Positions 50,114 to 63,745 of a DNA stretch of 64,000 nt are shown piece after piece. Position 1 is the stretch's first letter; each line of letters opens with the position of its first letter. Made by a program: the position numbers and the translations under genes. This DNA comes from Cenococcum geophilum (Eukaryota), in NCBI GenBank assembly GCA_050273025.1, contig CP158635.1, forward strand, positions 18,538,001 to 18,602,000, in the 5' to 3' direction. The notes below the pieces were generated by a model that was given only the letters and a program-made list of their open reading frames with translations, was not told where the DNA came from and ran no database searches.

Positions 50114-50729
50114 ATACCTAAAGCAATTTCTTCTTTATACGCCTAATGTTGTGCCTACACTATCGCTGCAATACTATCTCTTAGTGAGATTATACCGTCT
50201 TTATGTTCTTATTATTTAAAAGAGGGGTTAGTTTATATTGCGTTGGCGAACCCATCTTCGCGACAACCGTTCTCTTACTTAGAGTATACTAAAGCAAATA
50301 TTCGTTCGTCCTATAACGTTCGCTCTACTTCTAATACTAAATATACGCGTCTTATTACTCTTAATAGTCGTCTAGTTCCCTAATTAATTTGTCTTAGGGT
50401 TTTATGTTTAATCTGCTGCTGCGTAGCTAAATAGTAAACTATTATAAGCCCTTACTAAGTTGGAACGTTCCTATAACGTGGAATAGAAGGCCCTAGATGC
50501 TTAAATTGCGGCGTCTACTCGTCTGCTTCGTCTTAAGAAGGTTTATAAGAAAGTTTATTTTAAGGAGTGGAGACTTATAAAATAAGGTCTATAGGAACTA
50601 GGTAATAAAAGAACGGATTCTCCTCTAATAGAGAAGGAAACAGATCTAAGTAGTTCGGCAACTGCTCTTCTTAGGTCCCCCTTAGGTAACTTATTCTTTA
50701 GCGATCCTTTTTTTATTAATACTACCTAA
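50114..50729 (+). pseudogene. Antisense ORF inside Gypsy: Zn2Cys6-like cluster plus coiled coil, RIP-mutated
   Basis: 50204-50314 reads C-S-Y-Y-x6-Y-x13-Y-x2-Y-x8-Y; reverting TAT/TAC to TGT/TGC gives C-x2-C-x6-C-x13-C-x2-C-x8-C. Confidence 0.55.
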
Positions 50730-53359
50730 CCTAATCTCTTCTAATACTTCTATACCTTTTCTATAGCGTTCTTTAAATTTTCTAGTAGCTTCTAGGTAGT
50801 CTTAGTATAGCCTGTCTACTTAACCTTATACTATATCTCGTCGTTAATATCCTTATAATTAACGATCTTTAAAACTTGCTATTTGTCTTCTTCTTATCCT
50901 CTATATATATTTGCTTTATAAACCGGTGGCTTAATATTTCTATATGCTAGCTCTAGTATTATAATGTGCTATATAGGGTAGATCTTTATTTTAGCTGGTA
51001 GGTTTAACTTAAACGTGACCGATGAAATCCTTTATGTAATTTTAAAAGGTCCTAGTCTGACGTAGTCTAACTTCTTGCTTGGTTGTCGACTCTTAAAATT
51101 TTTATATAGTAGCTACACTTTATCTCCCTCCTTAAGATCTAGTCCCTTAGATCTCTTAGCGTTATAGTACTTTTTTATTCTCTACTATACTACCTTAGCT
51201 GTCTCTATAAGGTCTGCATAAAGATTTATTAAATTCTTTATTCTTTCTTTAGCTATACTACTTATTTTCTTCGCTTATTATAGTAACAACGATGTTCTTA
51301 GCTTATATCTATAATTTGCCTTAAATAGTAATATGCCTATTCCTTCTTAAGGTATTGTATTGTATGCAAACTATATAACTAGTAATAGCGATACCCAATT
51401 ATTCTATGCGTAATTAATATAATGCCTTAGATACTATTCTAGTGTTTGGTTTAATCTTTCCATTTAACTATCTGTCTATAGATAATATGCGGTAGAAGTT
51501 ACTGCTTAAACTCCTTACTCTGCTAAGAATACTTCCTAGAATGCTGCTATAAATTTTAGATCTCTATCTAATATAATCTTACTTAGTACTCTATATCTTA
51601 TAAATACTTCTTTTACGTAAATTCTAGCGACATCTTCCGCTAAGATTTCTTCTGTGCATGCTATAAAGTATCCCCACTTTATAAGCTTATCCACTATTAC
51701 TAAGATCGCGTTATATTCTTGTCCGGTAATAGGATCTCTTAATTTTAGCAACTTAATAATAAAGTCCTATAATATAACCTCCTATAGTCTCTCTAGTATT
51801 TTAATAGGTTATAGCCCTCCATATAGCTTATACCTCGTTAGTTTATTCCTTTAGCAATTTAAATATTCCTTAGTAACCCTTTTGGCTATTCTTTAGATTC
51901 CGTTAATAATATACTCCTCCTAGAGTCTTAATACTAAACCCGTGGTTCTATTATGTCCTTAAGTTAGTCCCTTATAGAAGTCCTTTATAAACTGCTCTGT
52001 TATACTTCTTAGGATATATTTTACTTCTTGATTTTCGTATATATCCGTCTATAGATCTTCTAACTATACTTCTAGAATTCTTTATACCTAAAAGCTTCCC
52101 GGTATCTCGTAGACTTTCTCTAGTTTATTATCTTCTTAAGTTACTGCGATTTTTAGATAATTGTACCTAATTAATCCATCTATATCTTTTTGCAATAAAG
52201 CCCCTAATGGCTTTTCCTTATTTTGTAGTTTAGCTTTACGGCTTAGAGCATCTGCCCGTATATTATCTATACCTTTAGTATATTAAATCTTAAAATAGTA
52301 TTCCGTAAGCATCTCTGCCTATCTAACCTATCTTTAGTTAAGTTCCTTTGTTATTAGAAATCCTATTAGGTTCTTATAATCCGTCTTAACTATAAATAGT
52401 TTTTCTATGCCTTATAAAAATGCTCTCTATTTCTTTAATACTGTAACTATACCTAATAACTCCTTGTTGTAGATGTTATAGTTTAACTCTAGTAGTGTTA
52501 TCTTCCAACTATAGTATACTACTAGGTGCTATCTATCTTAATACCTTTATATAAAGCACGCCCCTAGTATATAGTCTAATACATCTATCTTTATAACCGT
52601 CTTTAGTCCTAGTTAATAGATTTTAAGAACTGGCTCCTAGGTAAACAACTCTTTAACTTTTTTAAAGAGTTCTCTTTGCTCCTCTCCCTATACCTATAGT
52701 TCTTTTTTCTTTATTAACCGCGTAAATAGCTTAATATTCTTTAACCACTACGCTATAAACCTTCTATAGTAATTATAAAACCCTAGGAATAATCTTAACT
52801 ATATAACATTCTCTAGTTCCTACTAATTTACTATAGCCTCGATCTTCTTTAGATCTATACTAAGTTAGCCTAGTTTAATGATAAATTTAATGAAATCGGT
52901 CTTCCTAGTAAAGAACTCGCATTTCTTAATTACTACTAGCATCTGTTCTTCTTGTAGTCTCTTTAAAACCTATTTAATGTATTCCCCGTGTTCTTCCTTA
53001 GTTATTAAGTAGATAATAATATTATTAAGATATACCATAATAAATTTATCTAAGTATTCTTCTAATATATTGTTAATACGCTTTTAGAACGTTGCTAGTA
53101 TATTTATAAGCCCGAATTGTATAACTAATAGCTTATATAATTCTTCCTTTAATCTAAAGGCTACCTTTTATTTATTGCCTTCCTTAATCCTAATCTAATA
53201 GTACGCCTATCTTAGATCTATCTTTGTAAAGATTTACGTATTACCTATCCTGTTTTAGATTTCGCTAATTAAGAATAAAGGATACCTATCCTTCCTAGTA
53301 ATACTATTTAACTATTTATAGTTAATACACAGCCTTAGTTTACCATTCTTCTTTAGTAT

Positions 53360-53617
53360 TGTATAATTACAGCACCTGCTATACTAACCGCGTGCTTACG
53401 CGGTTCGATACACCAAGTACGCGTTTACGCGTTCGGTTCGCTTACGCGTCTAGTACACTCCTGAAACACTAGCTTAGGGGGGAGGTGCATTAGTATATAG
53501 ACCACGTAGTCTGCTTTATACAATCGACAGTCACCACCGTCTAAATAAGCATACGATACTATACGTATTTCGTGCCCCTAGACACAACTCACTTATACCA
53601 TTAAATTGGTACTAATA
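53360..53617 (+). repeat. Copia 5' LTR
   Basis: tgtataattacagc...actaata; direct repeat of 59310-59567. Confidence 0.93.
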
Positions 53618-56600
53618 CTAATTAGTGAGCGCGCATAGATCAGGAGATACGCACTTACTTAGAAGACGTCTAACGCTCTACCTTGCAAGCCCCTATTTTA
53701 GTTAAAGAGAATTAAAGTACTCTAGATTTGGAAGACGTCTGACGCTCTACCTTACCTAGAATTACCTTAAATCTACCCTGGTTTTAGAAGACGTTTACGC
53801 TCCACCTTAATTAGAGATATTGACCACTATACTAGTAGTTAACGCGACCATGTTAAGAACACGATTACACTAAGAACGCGACCACTATACCCTACTAAAA
53901 TACCCCGGCCTCCTCTCTAACCCCTTACGGAGACCTCTTACCCTTTTATGAACCGTTACGGACCCGTTAATTACTTTTACGGACCGTTACGAAGACCTCT
54001 TACCCTCCTACGAACCACTACGGACCTGTTAAGACCCTATAGAGACCCCCTTACCCTTCTACGAACCGTTACGGGCCCGTTAACCGATTTTACGGACCCT
54101 TATAAGACCTCTTCCACCCGCTACGCACTATACTACACTATACAGTATGGTAGACATTAGCAAGCAGGTTAATAAAGGTTAAAAGAAGTAAAGATAAGGA
54201 GTTGACGTTACGTCTATAGATAACGTCAACAACTATATTAAATTTAAAATCCTTAAGTACGAATACTTTAAGCTTATAAATGTCGACCTATGGGAGCAAT
54301 ACTAGGAAGACTTTGCGGACTTTACAGAAGCCATCTTTAAGAAATGCAACCCTACTACTATCCGTAACCTACGGACCCTTTTACGTAACTAAGGCGTATG
54401 GGTTAAAAGGAATAAATGGGTTACTATTGTACGGTCCTTATATAATATAATATATAAGGAGGACCGAACGGAATGGACTAAGGAAGAAATCCTAGACGAG
54501 TATAACACTACTAAGGAACTCTTTGCTTCTTCTAAACTTAATGTAATCGCTAGCCTTATACCTAACCCTCTTAACTAAATTTATCCTATAAACCTAAGCA
54601 GTTTTGGAATTAATTTTACTGACTAAAGTACACCTAGTACTTATATTACGGACCGTAATACCCCCGTAACCTAAATTACGGACTATAATACCCCCGCGAA
54701 CCAAAATACGGACTAAACTCCTCCCGTTATTTAAACTACAAATCCGCAACCTATATATCTGTAACCTATAAATCCGCAAGCTATAGACCCGCAAACTACC
54801 TAAGTAAAGACCTATGGTAAGGAGCTAGCTAACCTAGCTAAGCTTTATACCGATGAATCTAAGTACAGCGGTGAAAATAATAACTTTAACTTTAAACTAA
54901 CCATCTTTACGAACCTCTGTTAGAAGGCCGATATTCCTAAATAGGAGTTTAGCTAAGCCTACTCTACTATACTGCGCGGCCTAGCATTTAACTACTACTA
55001 TACCAACCTTAAGAGTAACCCCCTTAGTGTTCCCTTTAATAAGCTATGCAAAGCCACACGTAACTACTTTAAAGGACCAGAATATAGGCGTAATATCCTT
55101 ACCTAATAGAATGCAACCAAGTTACGGACCGTAATAGATAAGAATACTAAAAAATCAACTATAGAGTGCCTATAAATCCTTATTAAAGACCTCCGCTACC
55201 TATAGCACGGTCTTAATATTAAGCTTTAAACGGATGACTTCTTGTATAATAAACTAATTACGGCCTACTAGGAAATAGAACCCTGTAAATACGCCTATTA
55301 TAAGCCTACAGACACCATAGCTGGCCTTATTAACGATTTACAGTCCTCTATTATAACGTACGAAGCCTTAAACCCACTAGGCAGTACTTAAGCTTTTATT
55401 ACAGACCTGCAAAATCCGTAACCTAATTTAGATGCCTACTTTACGGACCGCCGATACCGCTAGCAGTATCCGCATCGACTAGGTTCTACCCGCAACCTCC
55501 GCAGCAACTCCTGTATAAAAGCATACCCCCGCAAACAAACTAGTTAGAAGTGCTTTGTGTACGGCAAGGAAGGATATTAGTCTATAAGGTATACCTAGGA
55601 AGAACGTAATAAGTCTAGGAAGAGACTTGATAACTAGATTAACCAGTTTATTTTAGAATATGAAGGAAAGGAAGTAGAGGAGCCCCCTAACGAGTTAATA
55701 GAAGCCCTTATAATTGACTTTAACTTAGACGCTTAGGAATAGGAGACCTTAGAGATATTCCTAACTACTTTTAGACCTTTTACAGACAGTTAAGCCTTTA
55801 ATACTATGACCGTATTAGCCAACCGCTCCTTTATACACTTAATTACACCTAAAAACTAGCCCGTAAGTATACCCGTTGGACCTGTTACGGATGTTACGGA
55901 CCGCGAACAGAACCCATTTGCATATATTACTATAGAACGCTATACCCCCAAAGAATTCTATGGCGTTATGATCGATACAGGTGCCTCTAAGAAGTCTACT
56001 CTGGGGCCGTAAACGTCTAATTTGGCATTGGTTCAACCGCATCAATTGGATCAGTCGCAGTTAAGACCCCAATTGGCCTAGTTGACTTCCACATAGTAAA
56101 AGCGGACACCCCTTTTCTACTCTGTCTTGTAGATATAGACAGGTTATAGGTCTACTACAACAATATTACGGACACCTTAACTAGCCCCGTAACTGCCCTA
56201 GGAAGTAAGCATATTACCCTACTAATTACACGACGATTTGGACACCCGTTCCTTATATAGGGAGAGACTTTACAGACCTACATTTAGGAATCTTTTGACT
56301 ATAACCCGTGCTACCTCACTAGTACGGAGATCTACCGCCTGCACCGCCGCTTCGGCTACCCGTTAGCTGAAAAGCTATATAGAGTCCTTAAACGTTCTGG
56401 ACACAACAACGTTAATAGGAAGGCAATTGACCACCTAACTAAATACTACTCTTTCTGCTAGAAATACGGACGTTCCCTAGGCAGATTTAAGTTCACCCTT
56501 TATAAGGACCTTAATTTTAACCACTTAGTATACGTGGATATTATGTATATTAACGGCAGTCTAGTATTATATATAATTGACGAGGTAACCCGCTATTAAG

Positions 56601-59309
56601 CCGCCCGTTAGTTGTAAAATATATCCATAAAATATACTTAGGATATTTTACGGACCTACTGGATTGATACATACCTTAGGCCTCCTGAGTATATTACCTA
56701 CGACGCTAATAGGAACTTTATTAGTAAGGAATTCCAGCAGTATGCTATGGCCATAGCTATATTAACAAAAGCCGTTCTAGTTAAGGCGTACTAGTCCGTT
56801 AGGCTTGTTAAGTGAGCTTACCCAGCTTTATAGAAAGCTTACTAGATCATTATGGACGAGTATAAGAATATTTAAAAGGAACTGGCTTTACAGATGGCCG
56901 TAAAAGCCATTAACGACACCGCTAGCCCTAACGGACTGGTACCTACCCTTTTAGTCTATGGAGCCTACCTAAGGATAAGCAAACTAGACCCTCCTGCCCT
57001 GTCTATTACGGATTAAGTAGCTGTAATACGGAAGGCAATAGCCGAAATAGTCAAATTACGGGCTAAATAAACTATTAATAACGCTTTATACCACCGTAAC
57101 GGACCTAATATAACCCTAGTATATAACCTCCCGCTTAACTCTAAAGTCCTTATATGGCGTAAAAGCGGCAATTAGACTAGACCTTACCGTCTACTAGCCG
57201 TAGAAGACGAGACCTGCTGTATATAGCTCCCTAGCGGACCGACAAGCTTTAGAAGCATGTCCGTAAAACCCTATTTTCGGTCTAAAAACATCTATAACGT
57301 TAAGCTAGACGAACCAGAAGCACCCGCCGAATTAGATAAACTAGAAGCACCCTTACCTACCTTAAAGGTCCCCTAGAAACCTAATAAACCTACGGAACCT
57401 GCTATAAAGCGTAGCCGAGGACGCCCCCGCAAGAACCCCATAACGGAGAATTACCTAACCTCTATAGGTATATCCGCAAAGCAATCTCCGCCTGCGGATA
57501 TATTAGTTCTAGTATAGGAAACCCCTTTTATGGACTTACGACGCAAAGAGATTAACGGACTACTTAAGAAGGGCGTCTTTACGGTTATAACGGAGAGAGA
57601 TGTTCCGCAAGGCGTCCGTATATTTAACTCGCGCTTTATTAACGAAATTAAGCACCCTAGTACTAATAAAGCCTTTAAAAAGTTAAGGCTTATTATATAA
57701 GCTTATAACGACTAGGGAAAGGACCTCGTCCTTACGCAATTGCCTATAATTTAACGAGTTAGTTAACGGATTATACTTACGCTTATACTGGGACTACAGC
57801 AAACTAAACCCGTAGCCCTCTACTTATGGGATATCTCGCAAGCCTATATACAGTCTAATACCTACCTAAGTAGGGACATCTTTATACGGCCACCGCTTAA
57901 GCTTAATCTGTAACTAGGAATAATTTTATAGGTTATAAAACCACTTTATAGAGTGCTGGAAGCTGGAAACCACTAGTTTAAGACGTATTACTAGCACTAC
58001 GTTAGTAAACTTAAGATAGAGCAGTTGACCTATAACCCTTGCCTCCTATATACCCTATTAAACGGCCTTGGCATCATTAAACTCTAAATAGACGATACCC
58101 TCTTTCTAGCGGACTAAACTTTTATAGACGCGGAAGAGACCAAACTGTAAGAAGCTAAGTTCCTAGTAAAGCTATAAGAGCAGTTAACTAAGCGGACTCT
58201 AATTAAGTTTAATAGAGGCTTAATTATATAAAAGGGCAACTTAATTTAGCTAACTTAGGAACGCCAAGCTTAAAACCTAAAGCCCGTTACGGTAAAGCCT
58301 ATAAACCTTACTAGTTCCTATAAAGAGACCTATAAGACTATAAATACGAAGGACTAATACGCTGCATAGCGTGCAAGAGGTGCCTATATTGCTATAGTCT
58401 ATTAACCCGAATCTGCCTACGACTTATCCTTTGCGGCCTAGGTAGTAGATCTATAAGAAGAAAATATTAAGCAGCTTAATAAGCGCATCTAATGGCAAAT
58501 TAATAATGCGATAAGAGGACTTACTTTTATACCGCTAGACCTAAATTCTATTAGCGTAATAGTATTTACGGACGCCTCTTTTGCTAATAATAGGGACCTA
58601 TTATTGCAAATTGGCTTTATAATTGTACTTACGGACCGTAATTAAGACGTAAATATACTATATTGGTCTTTAATTAAATGCAAGCAAGTAACCCGTAGTA
58701 TACTAGCTTCTAAACTATATGCATTAGCCTATAGCTTTAATATAGCAGCCGTAATTAAATTAACGATCTAGAAGATCCTATAACTAGAGCGGCTACCCCT
58801 AGTTTTATATACCGATTTAAAGTCCCTTTACGACTGCCTAGTTAAACTAGGTACGATATAAGAGAAGAGGCTTATGGTCGACCTAATGTGCCTATATTAG
58901 GCCTACGAACGACGCGAGATTACGGAGGTTAAATGGATTAGCAGCGGAGATAACTTAGCAGACGCTATAACGAAGGTAAAGCTGTGTTAAGCTCTTAAAA
59001 CCCTAATTAATATAAATAAGCTTAACCTAAAGGTTATAGAATGGGTAGAGTAAGACTAATAGAGCATTTATAGTTCAGTTACGGCCCGTTTGGAAGGCCG
59101 TATGGTGTATTTACGGCCCGTTAAAGGGCGTATAGTTTATTTTACGGACCGTAAGTAGGACTTACGGCTAGCTTAGAGCACCGTTTAGAAGGCAACCTAA
59201 AAGGCACCTCGGGAGGGATTTCCTATGTATTTTCTTACGTCTTTTATGGTTCTATTAAGGTAATTACGGAGGCTATACGCAAGTGGTTCCATTTTCTAAG
59301 TACCGCTAG

Positions 59310-59567
59310 TGTATAATTACAGCACCTACTATACTAACCGCGTGCTTACGCGGTTCGATACACTAAGTACGCGTTTACGCGTTCGGTTCGCTTACGCGTC
59401 TGGTGCACTCCTAAAACACTAGCTTAGGGGGGAGGTGCATCAGTATATAGACCACGTAGTCTGCTTCATACAATTGACAGTCACTACCGTCTAAATAAGC
59501 ATACGATACTATACGTATTTCGTGCCCCTAGACACGACTTACTTATACTATTAAATTGGTACCGACA
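59310..59567 (+). repeat. Copia 3' LTR
   Basis: tgtataattacagc...accgaca (TG..CA). Confidence 0.93.
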
Positions 59568-62500
59568 AGTATAAATAGTACTAGATAACCCGCTAATAAT
59601 TATAATAGTCTAATGTATCCCTTTTATAGATTTTCCTAGATAAACTCTTTTAATGCTTTACCTTCTTCTTTGGTAAGCTTATAGATTAAAAAGAACTTTA
59701 AACTTATTCCTAGTTCTAACTCTATTTTATAGTCCTATGCTATATATTCTAACAGCTTTTTACTTTCTAGTAACCATAGTTTTTTGCTATACTTATAGTA
59801 TCTCTTTAGTATATAACTTAGTCCTTTTTCTATTTCTTTATAGGTTGCCCCTACTTAGTACTATACTAACTTGGCTTATTGTTATATCTTATAGCGTTAA
59901 GTATCTCTAATATTAACCTGACCTATAATCTAATTAATCCTTAGATTATATTCCTGTAACTAAGGTATACTTAATACTACCTCGTCCCGTCCTAATAGTA
60001 GAATATTAAAAGACATCTTAATTTATCTTCCTTTAATAGTTATCTAAATAGGTTCTGTTTTAAGATTAATAATCCCTCCTCTATAGGTTATTAGATCTCC
60101 TAAAATTATAACTAATAGGTAAGGTTACTCCTTTTATTTATAAGGTAGTCCCATTCTTTTAATTACTGCTAGTGAGATATAGTTTTGCGTTACTCCACTA
60201 TCTATTAGCGCTTTAAACTGCTAATCTTGCCAATTAATTTGTAAATTTAGGTGTTGTTCTTAAATTCCTTTAAGGGTTTAAGGCTCTACCACTGGCTCCC
60301 TTTGGTCCCGTAGGCCTCTACTTTTCCTAACTATTAGCTACTTAATCCTAGTACGCTTAGCTCGCTCTTTAGCTAATACCTAGTTTGTTTTTTATCTTTA
60401 ATATACTATAGATACGTATTTTCTAGGCATTCCCACTACTATTGTCCATCTAAGCATTCTTCCGTAAGGAATCTTCCTAGTTAAAGTACTAAACTTCCTT
60501 CCTCTTAGACCTCTGCTAGATGCCATCTATATATATATTTGGCATTCCTATACTATTGCTTGTTTATTATCTAGTATATCCTTATAAAGTATTTCTGATT
60601 CTTTTCCTTTGGATTTTTATACATTTTGTATATATCGTCTATATACGCAATCTATAATAACGTATAGTATACTAGGTGCTTTAGGTTAACTCTTAGCTTA
60701 TCTTCGTCCCTAAGTTTAAACCTTTATCGTACTAATCTAAACGTTATAACTTTATTTGTAGGTACTAAGATGCGTCTTTCGCTTCTCTAGTCCTCTGATT
60801 ATTCCTTTAGATCCTTTAACATTATAATTAAGGCTCCTTTAATATGCGTTATAGCCTTCTCTGTAATTAGGTGGTTTTAGATAACTTTTTTATCTAACCA
60901 CATATAGAAATCTTCCCACTTATTATTATGCCTTTGCCTATACCACTTTTGGTACAGCTGCTAGAGTATATATAGTCTGTCCATAAGGAAGTATCTTCTT
61001 ATTACTATATCGTAACAGCCCTTTATATATCGTTCTTTAAACCTAGTTAAAATCCCTAGATCCTCTTTATTTTCTAGTTTAGTAAGCCACTTAGCTCTTA
61101 ATATGCCTACTCTCGGCCTATTAGTAATTCTTTATATTAGTATTCTGTCCTTTATACGTCCTAATATACTAGATCTCTTGTCTAGTTTTTGTTCTTATTA
61201 TACGATAATTCTTTACCTAAATTCTTCTATAGTTTCTTTTAGTTTGCGCCTTACGCCCTAATCCTTAAAGTCGTCTTACTTCTTAATCCTAGTATTAAAC
61301 TTTTAATCTTTAGGCTAAACACTATATTCCCCTAGTAAGTCTTCTAGGTCTATATATCTATCTCTTAATCTAACTGCTATTTATATTGCAGATTCTCTAA
61401 TCTATAAAGAAGCTCCTTGCCTTTTGCCTATAGGTGTCCTTATTTATACTCCAAAATCTTAGTCCCTTAGATTCTTTAATCCTAAGCTTACTTCTAACTT
61501 AAGCTTAGCTCCCGCCTTAGTTTAACTAGGCGTTTATAGTGTTCTCATCTTATTTTAAGAGTCTTAAATCTTACTTATCTTATCTTAAGAATCTTATACC
61601 TATAGGAAACTTTGTCCTAAGCTTATTTATATATTTTTGAACTAAGCTACTACCCTACTCTATCGGTTTTTATCCGTTGTAGGTCCTAGGGTGTGCCTTA
61701 TCTCGTCTTAAGAATCTTAGTCGTCTTTTATCTTGTCTTAAGAATCTTAAGCCTTTAGCCTTTTGCCTTTATTAAGTACCAAAGTAGTTTGCTATTTTTC
61801 TTCTTTTGCGTCTTGTAAGGCGATAAACATCGTATCTAGTGGGGTTTTAATCCCTACTAATACTCCTTATTCTGTAGTGGAATTATTCTCTACCTTTAGT
61901 ATAATATCTCTAAGGTCTACTCGCTCCTAGTAAGCGGCTCTTATTGCCTTATTGTTATAAAATGTTTCGCCTACGTCGAATTTATTGTCCTTAATATCCG
62001 ATCTATAAACTAGTTTATTAGTTCCTCTATATCCTATAGGTGCTAGCTCTTATAGCTAATAGCTTGCGCTATACTTAGCGTCCTTATAAATTTAGCATGC
62101 GTTATTATAACAAAACATAAAACTTTTAATTAAACACTCTTTTATTCCTTGTAGTATATTATCGTCCCTCTATACGTATATATTATCTACTAGCCTCGTA
62201 CCTTTTACTATATAGTAACTCTGCTTACTTCTATAGTCTCTAACGTAATAACCCTGTTTTCCGCAATTTATATAAGCTTCTTCTTTAAACTATTTCTCTT
62301 ACTATAGAGTCCGCCTAAATATCTTCTGCTATTAAGATCCCTAATTCGGCCTTTACTTCTTAGACCTTTAATTACTTAATCCTTGTTCTCTAGGTTTCTA
62401 TAGTTTACTCCATCTCTTATAGGCTTCTTTAGTACCACTTAGGTCTATTAGCTCTGCGCCATACTATAGTTTCTAACTTAGCTTTTGTCGTTATATACTC

Positions 62501-63320
62501 TGTGCCTTATACGACTATAGAACTCTATTCTAGCCTCTCTTAGCCTGTTCCCTTTAGTAGATCTAATTATTAATCTTAATTGCCTAATCTATTAGTTCCC
62601 TTAGGGTGTCCGCATCTTCTATTAGAATAATTACGTCCTAGACTTTAGCCTTAAGTCCCTATTTATACTATGCTATAAGCGCCCTATTATTTTACTCTAC
62701 TTATATTGCTAGTGTCTAAAATTATATTGTATACTTAATTGCTAAAGTTCGTTACATAAGGTTCTGGAGTTTTCTTTTTACTATAGTTGTTTCTTCTAGG
62801 TCTCTAAATATCTGCGTAAGTCGCTCTATAAATTCTTCCTAACTTAAAAATATAAATCGCATATCTTAGTTAGTAGTCGTTATTCCATTTGCCTGTATCT
62901 CTATAAGGTAAGGTTTGAACTACTTAAGTGCTTTTCCTAATAAAAATAGTCCTATATAGGCTATCCGATCCATAGGTATAAGTAACTTTGCTCCTTCCTA
63001 TAAGACCTTAAAGTGCATTTATATAAGGAATCCTTTAAGCTTTAACCTCTCTCCTATAAATCTCTTAATTAATAGTAGCTTAATCTTTACTGCTCTTATC
63101 CCATTAAGTCTTTCTTCTAACACTATATTGTTAGCTATTAGCTAGTTAACTATTTTCTATAGCTATCCGACCGTCATAGGTTGCTATAAGTTAGTATCCG
63201 CTATACTAGTATTACCTCCTATCCCTAAAGTAGTTGCTGCCATTAATGGCATTATAGTAGCTGCTTTTAGTAGCATATTGTTTAACTTCTTATATTAATA
63301 CCGTAACTAGGTAGTGATTG

Positions 63321-63745
63321 TGTAACGGAACCTTATAGCAAGAACTACAATAGGCTTGTTATTAGGCTAGGTGTATAGGAAATGTAAGTATAAAAGTTAA
63401 CAATGTAATAATAACTAGTAGAGTGGTTGCCTAATAAATTAACTCCAATTATATTCTAAGAATTACTATAAGAAAGGAACTATCTAAGTAGGGACTAAAG
63501 GTCCTTAAATACACAACCGTACTCCTATAAAATCCTTCTTATACATAATATACGTCTTATATATAAGGTATATGAGTTCCTCTTATTCCTCTTGTTTAAT
63601 ACGTAGCATATTATATAACCTTAGTTACTATTCCTTGTCACATAGTTCTACCGGCTCTATCCTGGACCGTGCTTGAATTAACCAACTAGCTTCTTCCGTC
63701 TCTTTTCCAAGTAGTCGTAACATTGTACTTAAAGCGTCTGTAACA
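63321..63745 (-). repeat. Gypsy 5' LTR
   Basis: tgtaacggaacc...gtaaca (TG..CA) followed by TSD gctaa. Confidence 0.93.

Larger units (their letters stand above)
53360..59567 (+). mobile_element. Ty1/Copia LTR retrotransposon, RIP-inactivated, nested in the Gypsy RT
   Basis: 258-bp LTRs, TSD AGTAT (53355-53359 / 59568-59572). Domain order gag (KCFVYGKEG, ~55550), protease (MIDTGAS, ~55970), integrase (HRRFG, ~56345), RT (DISQAY, DDTL), RNase H (FTDASFANN, ~58570). Confidence 0.93.
49581..63745 (-). mobile_element. Ty3/Gypsy chromovirus LTR retrotransposon, RIP-inactivated (~7.95 kb without the nested Copia)
   Basis: 425-bp LTRs, 5-bp TSD GCTAA (49576-49580 / 63746-63750), PPT at ~50006-50020. 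Minus-strand remnants: gag with CCHC (~62230-62280), protease ALIDSG (~60195), RT KNGKLRLCI and YLNN (=YLDD), RNase H, integrase, chromodomain (~50770-50880). Confidence 0.93.

Noticed and set aside
51536..51751. 71-aa ORF treated as a gene
   Set aside because: Surviving fragment of the Gypsy integrase.
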